A stretch of 64,000 nt of DNA from Candidatus Berkelbacteria bacterium RIFCSPLOWO2_01_FULL_50_28 (GTDB taxonomy: Bacteria > Patescibacteriota > UBA1384 > 2-12-FULL-50-11), in NCBI GenBank assembly GCA_001774395.1, contig MEZX01000001.1, positions 27,643 through 91,642 on the forward strand, read 5' to 3'. This document shows, piece by piece, positions 46,335 through 56,893 of this stretch (position 1 is its first letter; every line of letters starts with the position of its first letter). The position numbers and the translations under genes are program-made. Under the pieces are notes generated by a model. That model ran no database searches and was not told where the DNA came from. It saw only the letters and a program-made list of their open reading frames with translations.

Positions 46335-48899
46335 CTACTTACCATGGCAGTGTTTATATTTTTTTGGACGGCCGTCCGGAAGTGTCGCTCCGCACGGACA
46401 CGGGTCGTTCCGACCGATCTTCTTATCTTTCTGGCCCACCGGCGCGACAAGCTCGTCTTTGTTAGTTTGCTGGAAATTAGAGATCGGACTCTCGTCCTTA
46501 ACTGGCTGGACTTCTTCCACCTCGGCCCGAAGCAACAGTTCGATAATCTGAGTATCAATGGCGCTAGTAAGATTTTGGAACAGGTCGTAGGCTTCGCGTT
46601 TGTACTCAACAAGCGGCTCTCTCTGACCGTAACCACGCAGGCCGATGCTCTCGCGCAGAGACTCCATTGTCTTCAGATGCTCCACCCAGAGAACATCGAT
46701 CGAGCGCAGAGTGACCAGGCGTTCAACCTGGGGTCTCACTTCCTCAGTCCAGTTTATCGCCTTTTTTTCATACGCTTCTTTTTGTCCTTCAGCCATTATC
46801 GAGAGAATCTCTTCATGAAGTGCGGCGTTCGAGCGTGGATTGAACTCCAGAGCGCGGCGGCGACGGCGGTAAACCGATTCTCGGTGTTTATTCGCCACGT
46901 CATCGTAGTCAACAAGTTGTTTTCGTATTTCGAAATAATGCGATTCAACCTTGGATTGAGCCTGCTCGATCGCTTTTGAGAGTAAGGGGTTATTAATACT
47001 CGTCTCGTCGGGAATGTTAAGCCTCTGCATAATTGACTGCATTCTGGTTCCGCCAAAGATCCTCATTAGGTCATCTTCAAGCGAGAGGAAGAACTGGCTC
47101 ACTCCTGGGTCACCCTGTCTGGCACAGCGACCTCGTAGCTGATTGTCGATTCGTCGGGATTCGTGGCGTTCGGTTCCAACAACGAACAGACCACCCAGTT
47201 CTATTACCTTTTCATGGCTCGACTCCCACTCTTTCCATTCTTTTTGTTCGTCACGATTACCGGGCGGCGTACCACCAAGGATGATATCCACTCCCCGCCC
47301 AGCCATATTCGTCGCCACGGTGACCGCTCCTAGTCGCCCCGCCTCTTCAACAATCGAGCCTTCCCTTTGGTGTTGTTTGGCGTTAAGAACCGAATGCTTT
47401 ACCCCAGCGGCTTTGAGCAATTTCGAAAGCCTTTCTGACTTAGCGATAGAAATCGTGCCGATCAACACCGGCTGTCCGACGCCCTGTCTCTCTTTAACTA
47501 GCTCGACTACGGCGTGGAATTTTGCACTCTCTGTCTTGTAGATTAGGTCCTGACGGTCGGCTCTAATATTTGGACGATTAGAGGGAATAGCAATAACTTC
47601 TAGGCTGTAAATCTTGGATAACTCTTCCGCTTCAGTGATCGCGGTCCCGGTCATTCCCGCAAGTTTGATATACATTCGAAAGTAATTTTGCAGTGTAATC
47701 GTCGCCAAAGTGACCGACTCTTCCCTTACTTCAACTCCTTCTTTTGCCTCGATCGCTTGATGTAACCCGCCGGAGTAGCGTCTGCCCGCTAGCATCCGAC
47801 CGGTAAACTCGTCGATAATCACTATCTCACCGTCTTTTACCACGTATTCCTTGTTCTTTCGGAATAAAGCATATGCCTTTAAAGCCGAGTCGGCGTGGTG
47901 GACAAGCTCAACATGACGCGGATCGTATAAGTTTTCCAATCCCAATAGATGCTCGAGTTTTTTAATTCCCTCATCGGTTAGCGTTGAAGCATTGGCTTTC
48001 TCGTCAATCTTAAAATCTAATTCCTTTTTAAGTTTTGGAATGATAGCAGCAAATTTTCCATAAAGTTGGGCCGATTCGGTTGATGGAGCGGAGATGATGA
48101 GCGGCGTTCGCGCTTCATCAATAAGAATTGAATCCACTTCGTCGATAATAGCATATGTTAAGTCTCTTTGAGATAACTGCGTTTCGTCCTGGGCCATATT
48201 GTCGCGCAGATAATCGAAACCAAACTCGTTGTTGGTTCCATAGGTAATGTCGGCACCGTACGCCTCCTTGCGTGAAACTGGACGAAAATGCTTCAGGCGC
48301 TCATCGGTCTCGTCGAGACTGAAGTCCGGGTCATATTGGTACGAGAACTGCGGCCCGACCACCCCAATAGTTAAGCCAAGGAAATGGTAAACTGGTCCGA
48401 TCCAGCCGGCGTCACGCCTGGCCAAATAATCGTTGACTGTTACCAGGTGAGCTCCAAGCCCAGTCAGCCCGTTCAAGAAAAGCGGCAGGCTGGCGACAAG
48501 GGTTTTTCCCTCGCCGGTTTTCATCTCCGCAATCTGACCGCGCTGTAATACAGCGCCGCCGATCAATTGGACATCGTAATGGCGCAGACCGATCGTCCGC
48601 TTGCTAGCCTCGCGAACTAAAGCAAAAGCATATGCTTCGTTTTCGGACAGAAAATCATTAATTTGCTTGCGGCGAGCTTCGTTGCGGCCGCGAAGATCCT
48701 CAATTTCAATCGTCTGCTCAATTGTCTTGCGAGCCAGCGCCGAGATCTTCTCTTTGAGTTTTAAAGAGTCTTGCCGAAGCTCGTCGTCTGACTTACTCTC
48801 CAGGCCTTCCTCTAAAGCGTTAACGCTACCAACGAACTGGTCGTAACGGCCGACTTCCTTCTGATTAGGATCGCCAAACAGACGACGTAGAATTCCCAT
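46335..48899 (-). CDS. secA: Preprotein translocase ATPase SecA
   Basis: DEAD-like motor motifs (KTGEGKT; DEVDSILIDEARTPLIIS), C-terminal zinc finger CPCG...CHGK. 854 aa. Confidence 0.95.
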   Translation of the reverse strand: MGILRRLFGDPNQKEVGRYDQFVGSVNALEEGLESKSDDELRQDSLKLKEKISALARKTIEQTIEIEDLRGRNEARRKQINDFLSENEAYAFALVREASKRTIGLRHYDVQLIGGAVLQRGQIAEMKTGEGKTLVASLPLFLNGLTGLGAHLVTVNDYLARRDAGWIGPVYHFLGLTIGVVGPQFSYQYDPDFSLDETDERLKHFRPVSRKEAYGADITYGTNNEFGFDYLRDNMAQDETQLSQRDLTYAIIDEVDSILIDEARTPLIISAPSTESAQLYGKFAAIIPKLKKELDFKIDEKANASTLTDEGIKKLEHLLGLENLYDPRHVELVHHADSALKAYALFRKNKEYVVKDGEIVIIDEFTGRMLAGRRYSGGLHQAIEAKEGVEVREESVTLATITLQNYFRMYIKLAGMTGTAITEAEELSKIYSLEVIAIPSNRPNIRADRQDLIYKTESAKFHAVVELVKERQGVGQPVLIGTISIAKSERLSKLLKAAGVKHSVLNAKQHQREGSIVEEAGRLGAVTVATNMAGRGVDIILGGTPPGNRDEQKEWKEWESSHEKVIELGGLFVVGTERHESRRIDNQLRGRCARQGDPGVSQFFLSLEDDLMRIFGGTRMQSIMQRLNIPDETSINNPLLSKAIEQAQSKVESHYFEIRKQLVDYDDVANKHRESVYRRRRRALEFNPRSNAALHEEILSIMAEGQKEAYEKKAINWTEEVRPQVERLVTLRSIDVLWVEHLKTMESLRESIGLRGYGQREPLVEYKREAYDLFQNLTSAIDTQIIELLLRAEVEEVQPVKDESPISNFQQTNKDELVAPVGQKDKKIGRNDPCPCGATLPDGRPKKYKHCHGK

Positions 48900-48903
48900 T
48901 TAG

Positions 48904-50112
48904 TTAGCGTAAAGATCGCGGCAGCATAACTGTTCCGTCTGGCCGCTGGTTATTCTCTATGTAAGCCAACAGTAGTCGCTCCGTAACTAATGTACCATTT
49001 AGAGTATGAGCAAATTGAGTCACTCCCGCCTGATCACGATATTTTATCCCTAACGCTCGTGATTGATAATCGGTACAGTTGCTCGCCGAATGGGTCTCTC
49101 GATATCTTTGCTGCCCCGGAAACCAGGTCTCAAGATCGAAACGTTTTATTGCCTTCTTCTCTAGGTCACCTGAGCCAATCAAAACAGCTTGATAAGGAAG
49201 TTTAAACTGTTGAACGAAGCGCTCTTGCATCTCCAGGAGGAAATCGTGTTCGTTCTCTGACTGATCTTGCCGACAGATGGAAACCATTTCTACCTTATCG
49301 AATTGATGCTGGCGAAACATACCTTTGACATCTTTACCGTAGGAGCCAGCTTCTTTACGGAAACAAGTCGAGAACCCTACTAACCGTAATGGTAGTTCGT
49401 CTTTTTTAAATACCTTATTTGCTACAGAAGCAACCAATGAATACTCACTCGTCCCAACCAGATAAAGATCGTCCCCTGCCTTAAAGGTATCTTCTTCGCC
49501 TTCGGGGAAAAAACCGCCTTTCGTTAGGATGTCAGATCGGACTATAACCGGAGGGATTACCGGCTGAAAGCCGTGTTTAACAGCGAATCGGAAGCCTAAC
49601 CTGGATAGCTCCATCCAAGCAGACGCTGCCGGCCCCTTGAGATAACGAAACCTCGCTCCACTCACTTCAGCTGCCGTAGATAAGTCAAGCCAACCGAGCT
49701 CGGTCATTAGCTGTTGATGTGGCTTTCCAGTCATCAGTTTTGGCTTACCAACCTCTTTTATCACGGTGTTTGCCGACTCTCCCGCTCCCACCGGAACGTC
49801 CGGCGCCACCAAGTTAGGGATCGCTAGAAGCAGATCTTCCGCCTTTTTGGCGGCGGCGCTGACGACTTGGCTTTTTTTGGACAGTTGAGAGGAAGATTTC
49901 TTCGCAACCTTTAGCTCTGCCGCGCTCGGTTTGCCAGATCGAGACATATCGTTACGAGCCCTTTGAAGGATTTCCAATTTTGCTAGTTCGTTTCGCCACA
50001 GTTTGTCAGCGGCAAGAAATTTGTCTACTAGTTTAACATCACCACCTCGTTTAACCAGGCTGTTTATAACTGCCTGGGGGCTAGTGCGTAATAAATCTCG
50101 ACTAAGCATCAA
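48904..50112 (-). CDS. serS: Seryl-tRNA synthetase
   Basis: N-terminal coiled-coil arm. Class II motifs (FRKEAGSYGKDVKGMFRQHQFDKVEM; TCFR...). 402 aa. Confidence 0.85.
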   Translation of the reverse strand: MMLSRDLLRTSPQAVINSLVKRGGDVKLVDKFLAADKLWRNELAKLEILQRARNDMSRSGKPSAAELKVAKKSSSQLSKKSQVVSAAAKKAEDLLLAIPNLVAPDVPVGAGESANTVIKEVGKPKLMTGKPHQQLMTELGWLDLSTAAEVSGARFRYLKGPAASAWMELSRLGFRFAVKHGFQPVIPPVIVRSDILTKGGFFPEGEEDTFKAGDDLYLVGTSEYSLVASVANKVFKKDELPLRLVGFSTCFRKEAGSYGKDVKGMFRQHQFDKVEMVSICRQDQSENEHDFLLEMQERFVQQFKLPYQAVLIGSGDLEKKAIKRFDLETWFPGQQRYRETHSASNCTDYQSRALGIKYRDQAGVTQFAHTLNGTLVTERLLLAYIENNQRPDGTVMLPRSLR

Positions 50113-50172
50113 AAATACTCCAAACCATCAGAGTAAGTGTAGCAGAGCCCTCGAAAGAACCAAAGCCAAGTG

Positions 50173-50637
50173 TTAGGAAACGCTGACGATCTTGTAAGTC
50201 ACAGCGCCATCAGGGGTGCTGATTTTGACAACGTCCTTAGCCTTGTGACCTAGCAACGCTTGTCCCACCGGAGAGTCGGTAGAAATCTTGCCGTTAGCTG
50301 GATCTGATTCTGTTGAACCAACAATTTCGAAAGTGTCGGTGTCCCCCTCTATTTCGATGGTAATTTTGCTACCCACAGAAATTACGTCCTTGTGGCCGCC
50401 GTTGGCAACAACCTTTACGTGTTTAGTAATTTCCTCAATTTCCTGAATTCGGCCCTCTATAAACGACTGCTCTTCCTTCGCGGCAGTATACTCGGCGTTT
50501 TCACTCAGATCCCCCAACTCTTTGGCGGTTTTTATACGACTAATAATCTCTGGTCGGCGAACCTGCGACAGATCTTTCAATTCAGCTTCAAGCTTTAGTA
50601 AACCTTCGCTGGTAATGATGATTTCTTTTTTTGGCAT
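50173..50637 (-). CDS. greA: Transcription elongation factor GreA
   Basis: N-terminal coiled-coil (MPKKEIIITSEGLLKLEAELKDL) and C-terminal FKBP-like domain (GSKITIEIEGDTDTFEIVGSTESDPANGKIS). Start trimmed to MPKKE. Confidence 0.85.
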   Translation of the reverse strand: MPKKEIIITSEGLLKLEAELKDLSQVRRPEIISRIKTAKELGDLSENAEYTAAKEEQSFIEGRIQEIEEITKHVKVVANGGHKDVISVGSKITIEIEGDTDTFEIVGSTESDPANGKISTDSPVGQALLGHKAKDVVKISTPDGAVTYKIVSVS

Positions 50638-50834
50638 TTGATTCTCTCTTTTAAACCTAATGCGCCAGTCCATTAACAAGAACAACTGGCTACCTGGGAA
50701 TTTTACCAGCCCAACGATTGATGTCAAGACCTATTCGGCTAACTGTAAGAACTCACAACAAAACCACTCCTTTTACGGAGCGGCCGCCGGAAAGTTCCCA
50801 TTAATCAGTCACCGGGAACGGCTATACTTAGCCA

Positions 50835-52487
50835 ATGAGTAAAACAACTCGATTTTCCCGATTACCCGTTATCCCTTCTTGGGAACGACTGCTAACGCGA
50901 TTCTACACGATAAGCGAAGCCACTCCAGCAAACCTAGCAACTTACTTTGGGCTACTCGGAGCTCTGTCTAGCAATCGTTACTCAATTCTGCAACAGATCG
51001 GTCGGTTAGCAACCACCCTTCCGAAAATTACGGGACTGGAAGTTGTCGGTATTTTCCAGCTTTGCCTCGAAAACACTAATTGTTTAGCGGCAAACATCTC
51101 ACCCAACAGGATTGAGATGCTAATGTCTCAAGCGGTATTTAAACGCGAGCTGAAGGAAGTAACGATACGCAAACGGCTCTCTGGACTCGTTGGAACTCGG
51201 GGCAAAAAGAGTCTCCGTCATATCGTGATTGAACCACTTGGACGATACCTTGACCTACCGGTGGTATTAGTTGGTCTCAGTAGCCGGGCTATTCCTCAAG
51301 AAGAGGCAAAATTCACTGAGCTAGTAGCCCAGATTATCCGCCTACGGTTTGGCCATCAACACCTGGACCAAAAGCTGACCGAGCACAAAAATCAATTCCA
51401 AACGCTCGTCCAACACTTAAGTGAGGGGATGATAATTCTCAACAACGACTTACGCGTTTCACTTTGGAATCGTCCGATGGAAAAGATTACAGGCTGTGGT
51501 GTTAAGGACGTTGTGGGCAAGCCGTTTGAAGAAGCAATCCTCTGCCTCAATAAAAACGCCCTACTGGAGTCTCTTAACCAAGCTATCGCTACCAAGGGCG
51601 CCGACCAATTTGGGATTATAGTGGAGGTCGTGGCGCGTAAAGACACTAAACTTTGGCTTCGCCTCACCGGATCGATTCTACGCCAGCGTGACGGCAAGGT
51701 TGAGAGAGTGATAATCATCGCTCACGACGTCTCTAAGGAAAAACTCCTCGAGCAGAAGAAAAATGAGTTCATCTCGATTGCCACTCATGAATTCCGCACC
51801 CCCCTGACGGTCATCCGCGGTTACCTGAGCTTATTAGATAGAGGGGAGAAAAAACTGGACGAACGGCAGCGACGTTATCTGCGCCGAGTGACCGAAGCCA
51901 GTGATCGGTTAGTGAACTTGACTGAGGATCTTCTCCAGGTGGCCCAGATCGACCAAGATCGCCTGGAGATTAAAAACCAGACCTTCGATCTCTTCCGAGT
52001 TCTGAAAAAAATCTGTCACGATTTTAAAGCCAAAGCCAACCAAAAGGGCGTGTCTCTGACGATCGCCAGACCAACATTCTCCACTTTCGTCAGCCTCGAC
52101 CCCGTTCGATGTGAGCAGATTTTTAGCAATTTGGTAGATAACGCCCTAAAGTACACCCTACGCGGTTCGGTCAAGATATTTTTCGAAGAAGTCACTCACC
52201 CCAATCAACGCCAAACGAGCCTAATAGTGCACATTAAGGATACCGGCATCGGTATTGCCAAAGAGTCGTTAGAAGAAATCTTCGAGAAATTTCGACGGAC
52301 GCACAAAATTGAGGAAATTCGTGAACAGGGCGCGGGATTAGGACTATTTATTGTTAAATCCTTCGTTGAGCGACAGCAGGGAACTATCGATGTTCGAAGT
52401 CGCCACGGTCAAGGCACAACATTTTCAATAACTTTTCCTCTTGCAAATTTAGGTGCAAGGGCTAGAACTAGGAATAGTGATGTCTAA
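50835..52487 (+). CDS. PAS-domain sensor histidine kinase (soluble)
   Basis: HisKA H-box (IATHEFRTPLTVIRGY). HATPase_c N/G boxes (NLVDNALKYT; DTGIGI; GAGLGL). A PAS-like segment precedes the H-box. Confidence 0.8.
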   Translation: MSKTTRFSRLPVIPSWERLLTRFYTISEATPANLATYFGLLGALSSNRYSILQQIGRLATTLPKITGLEVVGIFQLCLENTNCLAANISPNRIEMLMSQAVFKRELKEVTIRKRLSGLVGTRGKKSLRHIVIEPLGRYLDLPVVLVGLSSRAIPQEEAKFTELVAQIIRLRFGHQHLDQKLTEHKNQFQTLVQHLSEGMIILNNDLRVSLWNRPMEKITGCGVKDVVGKPFEEAILCLNKNALLESLNQAIATKGADQFGIIVEVVARKDTKLWLRLTGSILRQRDGKVERVIIIAHDVSKEKLLEQKKNEFISIATHEFRTPLTVIRGYLSLLDRGEKKLDERQRRYLRRVTEASDRLVNLTEDLLQVAQIDQDRLEIKNQTFDLFRVLKKICHDFKAKANQKGVSLTIARPTFSTFVSLDPVRCEQIFSNLVDNALKYTLRGSVKIFFEEVTHPNQRQTSLIVHIKDTGIGIAKESLEEIFEKFRRTHKIEEIREQGAGLGLFIVKSFVERQQGTIDVRSRHGQGTTFSITFPLANLGARARTRNSDV

Positions 52488-52869
52488 AAACAAGTCTGTT
52501 TTATTGGTAGAAGACGAGTCGCTGATCGTTGAACTATACAAGGAGCGCTTTTCGGAAGAGAAGTTCGATCTGATAGTTGCCAAGTCCGGACCCGAGGCAC
52601 TGAAAAAGGCTAACGGGGAAATTGACCTAATTCTGCTCGACGTTCTTCTGCCTGGACTCAACGGGTTCGACGTCTTAAGGAAGTTGAAAAAAGACCCCGA
52701 CACACGGGACGTCCCTGTGATAATCCTAACTAATTTAGGGAGCGAACACTCCGATAACGATAAAAGGTTAGCCCTCTCTCTCGGTGCGATCGACTACCTG
52801 GTGAAGTCTTATCACACACCCGACGAGATGGTTGAGGTCATTAAACAGCGTCTCTATCCCGAAGGTTAA
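52480..52869 (+). CDS. Single-domain response regulator (CheY-like receiver)
   Basis: VLLVEDE ... DLILLDVLLPGLNGFDVLRKLK phospho-acceptor Asp context. No output domain. Overlaps the kinase stop by 8 nt. Confidence 0.8.
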   Translation: MSKNKSVLLVEDESLIVELYKERFSEEKFDLIVAKSGPEALKKANGEIDLILLDVLLPGLNGFDVLRKLKKDPDTRDVPVIILTNLGSEHSDNDKRLALSLGAIDYLVKSYHTPDEMVEVIKQRLYPEG

Positions 52870-53118
52870 TTTGTGGACACTTCCAAACGTTTCCCCTTTT
52901 AGAGCACGTATAATACTAAGGTGTTCCTAATATCACCAACTGTCGTCTGCTTCTTTGAAAATGTTTGGCCCGAATCGGCGCGAAATAAAAAAACGAGGCC
53001 GAGTAAGCCAAAACAATCGCCACAACAGACAACGGTAACACCCCAAGGGTGCTTGGAAAATCGTCGCGAGAATTTGCTCTTTATCGCAGTCGCGAGTGGG
53101 ATGTCCGAGCGCTTTTGG

Positions 53119-54345
53119 CTAGTCGGGAAAAATTCTGGAAAACATCAGCCCCAAGTGGAGCTCAACAGCATCGGCGAACTTTCGGGGATCTTTGCCAAGT
53201 TTCTCGGTAATTCGGTCTAACCGATAGATTACGGTATTACGATGGACGTGCAGAGCTTCTGCTGCAGACGTTAAGTTCAGGCTTGCCTCCAGAAAGGCTT
53301 GAAGCGTTTGAAGAAGCTGATCATCCTTTAAGCTCTCCTCGATATTTGCGGCAAAAGCCTTCTTCTGTTGGGCGGCCCCCGTCGCTATCAGAGGCAAGAT
53401 TCCCAGTGCCTCATACTGGTGAACTTTATCCGATCCCAAGACGCGACTGCCAATCTTTAGAACCTCCAGTGATTCTGTTACCGAACGTAAGATTCCGGCA
53501 GGAGAGGTGGCCGCCGTACCAACGCCCATCGTCACCTCCTTGATATGCACATTGCGCAACGGTCCGGTGATCTCTCGGTAGCTCTTTTTTATCAATTCAC
53601 AAAATCGTTCGTAGTCAGTGTTCTGAAGATCTTTGAGCACTAAGAAGGTGTCGTCACCGATGAATCCCACCAGGTTGTCAGGATTTTTGGTGAAAAAATT
53701 CATCAAGCTATGGCTAATATCTCTCTTTTTGGCGGCGATTAAGTTCTCCCTGTCGCCGCCAGGGGAGCCTAACTCACGTAAGTAATGTTCGTGAAAGCCC
53801 TTTAGCTCTATGGCCAAAGCCGCCCGTTGCAAATCGAGTCGATGACCGAGAGCCGCCAACTGGTGCTGGAACTCTTCGTGATCGATAGTTTCACCCTTGT
53901 GCGCAACTCTGGTAAGTAGAAGATCGATCGCGTCTGGGCGCGGACGGTGCTGTAGAACGAACTGTTCAGCCACGAGCTCCCCCAAGCTACTTACAATTTG
54001 CGCAGTTTGAGCATCGGCTGAGGGCACTTCAATAACAACTAAACAAATGAATTTGTCGTCATAATAAATCGGAACAGCCTGTAGATCGTCAGATTCCTCA
54101 ATAACTGCGGGCATCTGTTCCCTGGAGAACGAGCGAACGGGAAACCCTTTCCTGGTACCGAAATCTGAGAAATTGCGGTAAACCTGGCCGTGTTCGTTCG
54201 TCAGAGCGACTCTTTTAGAAAAAACTCTTTTTATCTGTTCAAACAGGCGCTCAAGAAGTTTTGGAGACATAGATATTAGTATATTCCTACAATCCGCCCC
54301 GTCTAGCAAGTAACTTTTAGGCAAAAAACCAACCCCTACGGGCAC
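53119..54345 (-). CDS. PucR/CdaR-family transcriptional regulator
   Basis: C-terminal PucR-type HTH (LHVHRNTVIYRLDRITEKLG). An alternative start at 54270 (MSPKLLERL) cannot be excluded. Confidence 0.5.
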   Translation of the reverse strand: MPVGVGFLPKSYLLDGADCRNILISMSPKLLERLFEQIKRVFSKRVALTNEHGQVYRNFSDFGTRKGFPVRSFSREQMPAVIEESDDLQAVPIYYDDKFICLVVIEVPSADAQTAQIVSSLGELVAEQFVLQHRPRPDAIDLLLTRVAHKGETIDHEEFQHQLAALGHRLDLQRAALAIELKGFHEHYLRELGSPGGDRENLIAAKKRDISHSLMNFFTKNPDNLVGFIGDDTFLVLKDLQNTDYERFCELIKKSYREITGPLRNVHIKEVTMGVGTAATSPAGILRSVTESLEVLKIGSRVLGSDKVHQYEALGILPLIATGAAQQKKAFAANIEESLKDDQLLQTLQAFLEASLNLTSAAEALHVHRNTVIYRLDRITEKLGKDPRKFADAVELHLGLMFSRIFPD

Positions 54346-54366
54346 ATGGTTGTGACTTTGTACAAA

Positions 54367-56334
54367 TTACTTAATTAGCGTAATCGGCAACCGGAAATAA
54401 CTCTCAATAATATTTTTCGCCACCGGTGCAGCAACAACATGTCCCTCACCGCCGCCCTCGACAATTACCACAAGGGCAATTTCGGGTTTGGAGTACGGCG
54501 CAAAAGCCGTGAACAAAGAGTGGGTCTTCTCTTTCACTTTGCCAAATTCAGCTGTACCAGTTTTAGCAGCCACCTGTATCCTTAAGCTGGAGAGTAGTTG
54601 AGCCGATCCGGACTCTACCGCGCGACGCATTCCTTCCCTTACAACCTGGAGAACCTGGTTTGAAGCGAGGTGGTCGCGCTCTATTTTCGTTTTGCCGATC
54701 ATCACCGACGAACCATCTGATCTCAGGATCCGGCTAATCATCCTTGGTCGAAGGAGCTTACCGCCGTTGGCAATCGCGGCAATGGCACGCGTTAGCTGTA
54801 ACGGAGTAACTAATAAGTCACCCTGACCGATAGCGAGATGGTATGTGTCGCCGATATACCAAGGCTCATCGCGAACGGATGCTTTCCATTTTGGGGTAGG
54901 AACTAGGCCTGGCATTTCGCCAGTTAAATCAACTCCGGTGTTCTCACCAAAACCGAATCGATACAGATATTCTGTCAGTCGCTTTACACCAAGCCCTCCG
55001 ATTTGCTTATAGCCGCCGCCCAAGGCGAAAAAGAATATGTTGTTACTCTCAGCAATTGCTTGACGGACATCCGCCATACCGTGAGTTTTCCAGTCCGGGA
55101 AGGTCCACTCCCCGATGGTGATGACGCCCGCCGATGTATCAAGCAGTGTCGAAGAGCTAATCACTCCCTCGTTCAAGCCTGCCGAGGCAATAATTGGTTT
55201 AATCGTTGAACCCGAAGGATACTGACCGGCAATTGCCCGATTGATAAGCGGAGCGTTCTGATCGGACAATATCTTACCGCGGAGAGCCACCCGGCTCGGA
55301 TCGGAGAATAGGTTATTATCAAAACTAGGCGAGCTTACCATCGCGATCACTTCGCCGGTATTAACATCCATCGCGACCGCTGCTCCAGATTTTGCCCCGC
55401 TTTTTTTGATAGACGTCTGAAGCGCTTTCGCAGCAACTTTTTGGACCTTAGCATCTAGCCCAAGGATCACCGAATTCCCCGGACGAGCGACGCTCGTGCC
55501 TATAAGCCTAATAACTTTGCCTGACGAATCGACCTCCATCACCTCCTGGCCCGGCGATCCTTGCAAGTACTCGTCGTAGGTTTGTTCAAGACCCGACTTG
55601 CCCACCATATCGTCAAAACGCAGTCGCGGTCTTGAGGTTAAATCCTCCGCCGAGACCAGACCGATGTAACCCAGCAGGTGACCCAAACCGGGTGTGTCGG
55701 CGTAAACACGTCTTGACGCCTCGGTGATAAGCACCGACTCCTCACCGTTGAATTTAAGCTGGTAGCGCAGCGCCTCGAGGCGAGTAAGATTAAGCGCCAA
55801 ACTAAGTACTCCTTGGTCGGTTTGGTTCTCCAGCCTCTTGTTGACCACACCTGGGGATACGTTTAGCACCTTGGCTAGTTTACGCACCAACAACTGGCGC
55901 TCAGACTCTTCAGGGGGTAGGTTCGCCACATCAATCTCCAAAGAAAAACTAGGCTGATTTTCCACCAGCAGGATTCCATTGCGGTCATAAATTAAGCCTC
56001 GCGGTGCAGTAACTTGCTTCGTCCGGAGTCGGTTTCCCTCCGCCAACCGATAGTTCTCTTGGCCGTTGGCAATTTGGAGCGCAATCAGTCGCCAACCAAA
56101 GACGGCAATAACTAAAAACAGAACCAATCGCAGAGGAATAAACTCTCTTTTCGCCTCTGGTTGAGACTCAAAATCGTCCTTATTGTTTGTCAGAGGATAA
56201 TCTGCCAAATACTCATTCTCTAAGCGTCGGAGTGATCCAAGCGGCACAAACGGGTCAAACAAACCCGAGTCGGTTGGCTTAATCCCCCGACGTCTAGCAA
56301 AAAACTTGCCAATCATTGAAAACAAATGTGGCAT
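54367..56334 (-). CDS. mrdA: Penicillin-binding protein 2 (elongasome transpeptidase)
   Basis: N-terminal TM, transpeptidase motifs SxxK (GSTIKP) and KTG (KTGTA). Directly downstream of mreD. Start trimmed to MPHLFSM. Confidence 0.8.
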   Translation of the reverse strand: MPHLFSMIGKFFARRRGIKPTDSGLFDPFVPLGSLRRLENEYLADYPLTNNKDDFESQPEAKREFIPLRLVLFLVIAVFGWRLIALQIANGQENYRLAEGNRLRTKQVTAPRGLIYDRNGILLVENQPSFSLEIDVANLPPEESERQLLVRKLAKVLNVSPGVVNKRLENQTDQGVLSLALNLTRLEALRYQLKFNGEESVLITEASRRVYADTPGLGHLLGYIGLVSAEDLTSRPRLRFDDMVGKSGLEQTYDEYLQGSPGQEVMEVDSSGKVIRLIGTSVARPGNSVILGLDAKVQKVAAKALQTSIKKSGAKSGAAVAMDVNTGEVIAMVSSPSFDNNLFSDPSRVALRGKILSDQNAPLINRAIAGQYPSGSTIKPIIASAGLNEGVISSSTLLDTSAGVITIGEWTFPDWKTHGMADVRQAIAESNNIFFFALGGGYKQIGGLGVKRLTEYLYRFGFGENTGVDLTGEMPGLVPTPKWKASVRDEPWYIGDTYHLAIGQGDLLVTPLQLTRAIAAIANGGKLLRPRMISRILRSDGSSVMIGKTKIERDHLASNQVLQVVREGMRRAVESGSAQLLSSLRIQVAAKTGTAEFGKVKEKTHSLFTAFAPYSKPEIALVVIVEGGGEGHVVAAPVAKNIIESYFRLPITLIK

Positions 56335-56338
56335 TAAT

Positions 56339-56821
56339 CTACAATCTTTCCCCTGACCACCAGACAAAAAGTTTCCATCGTGTTGCTGCAGCATAATAGA
56401 CGATCGCTCCTAAAATAAGATTGGAGAGGATCACAATCAGGCTGTAACGAAGGTCGTACTGCCGAGAAAGAAGCGAAAATAAGCTCTGGGACAGAACCGA
56501 CATCACCAGCAGGGCAGCTAAGGCGTGAGGTAGCGAAGCGACGCTTAAGAATCTCCGACGGAAAAAGTCCAGAGCGAAGACGAGAACAGAGAAAGTCAGC
56601 GTCCAGAGCCCAAAGGGGCTAAATTGCAGTAGATCGAGCAGAATGCCGCAGATAAGCGCTAGGCGAATTCCGGCTCCAAGATCCAAAAACCAAATAGTCG
56701 CCCAAAGACCAACAATAATTAGATCTGGTCCTCCAGTTCCCAGCATAAGATGATGCCCAACCGGACCAACCGATAGCAAGACCAGCAGCAAGCCAAAGAT
56801 AGCCTGGACGATAGTAGTCAT
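56339..56821 (-). CDS. mreD: Rod shape-determining protein MreD
   Basis: 160-aa polytopic membrane protein between mreC and PBP2. Confidence 0.6.
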   Translation of the reverse strand: MTTIVQAIFGLLLVLLSVGPVGHHLMLGTGGPDLIIVGLWATIWFLDLGAGIRLALICGILLDLLQFSPFGLWTLTFSVLVFALDFFRRRFLSVASLPHALAALLVMSVLSQSLFSLLSRQYDLRYSLIVILSNLILGAIVYYAAATRWKLFVWWSGERL

Positions 56822-56893
56822 CTTAAGGATGTTTGCGGATCAAAGAGCAGAATGCTCATTTTACGAACTCTAGTGAGTAAAAGAACAGAATGT

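Noticed and set aside
46344-47541. Several >100-codon ORFs on the + strand inside secA
   Set aside because: Fully embedded antisense in a highly conserved essential gene, with low-complexity translations. Spurious.
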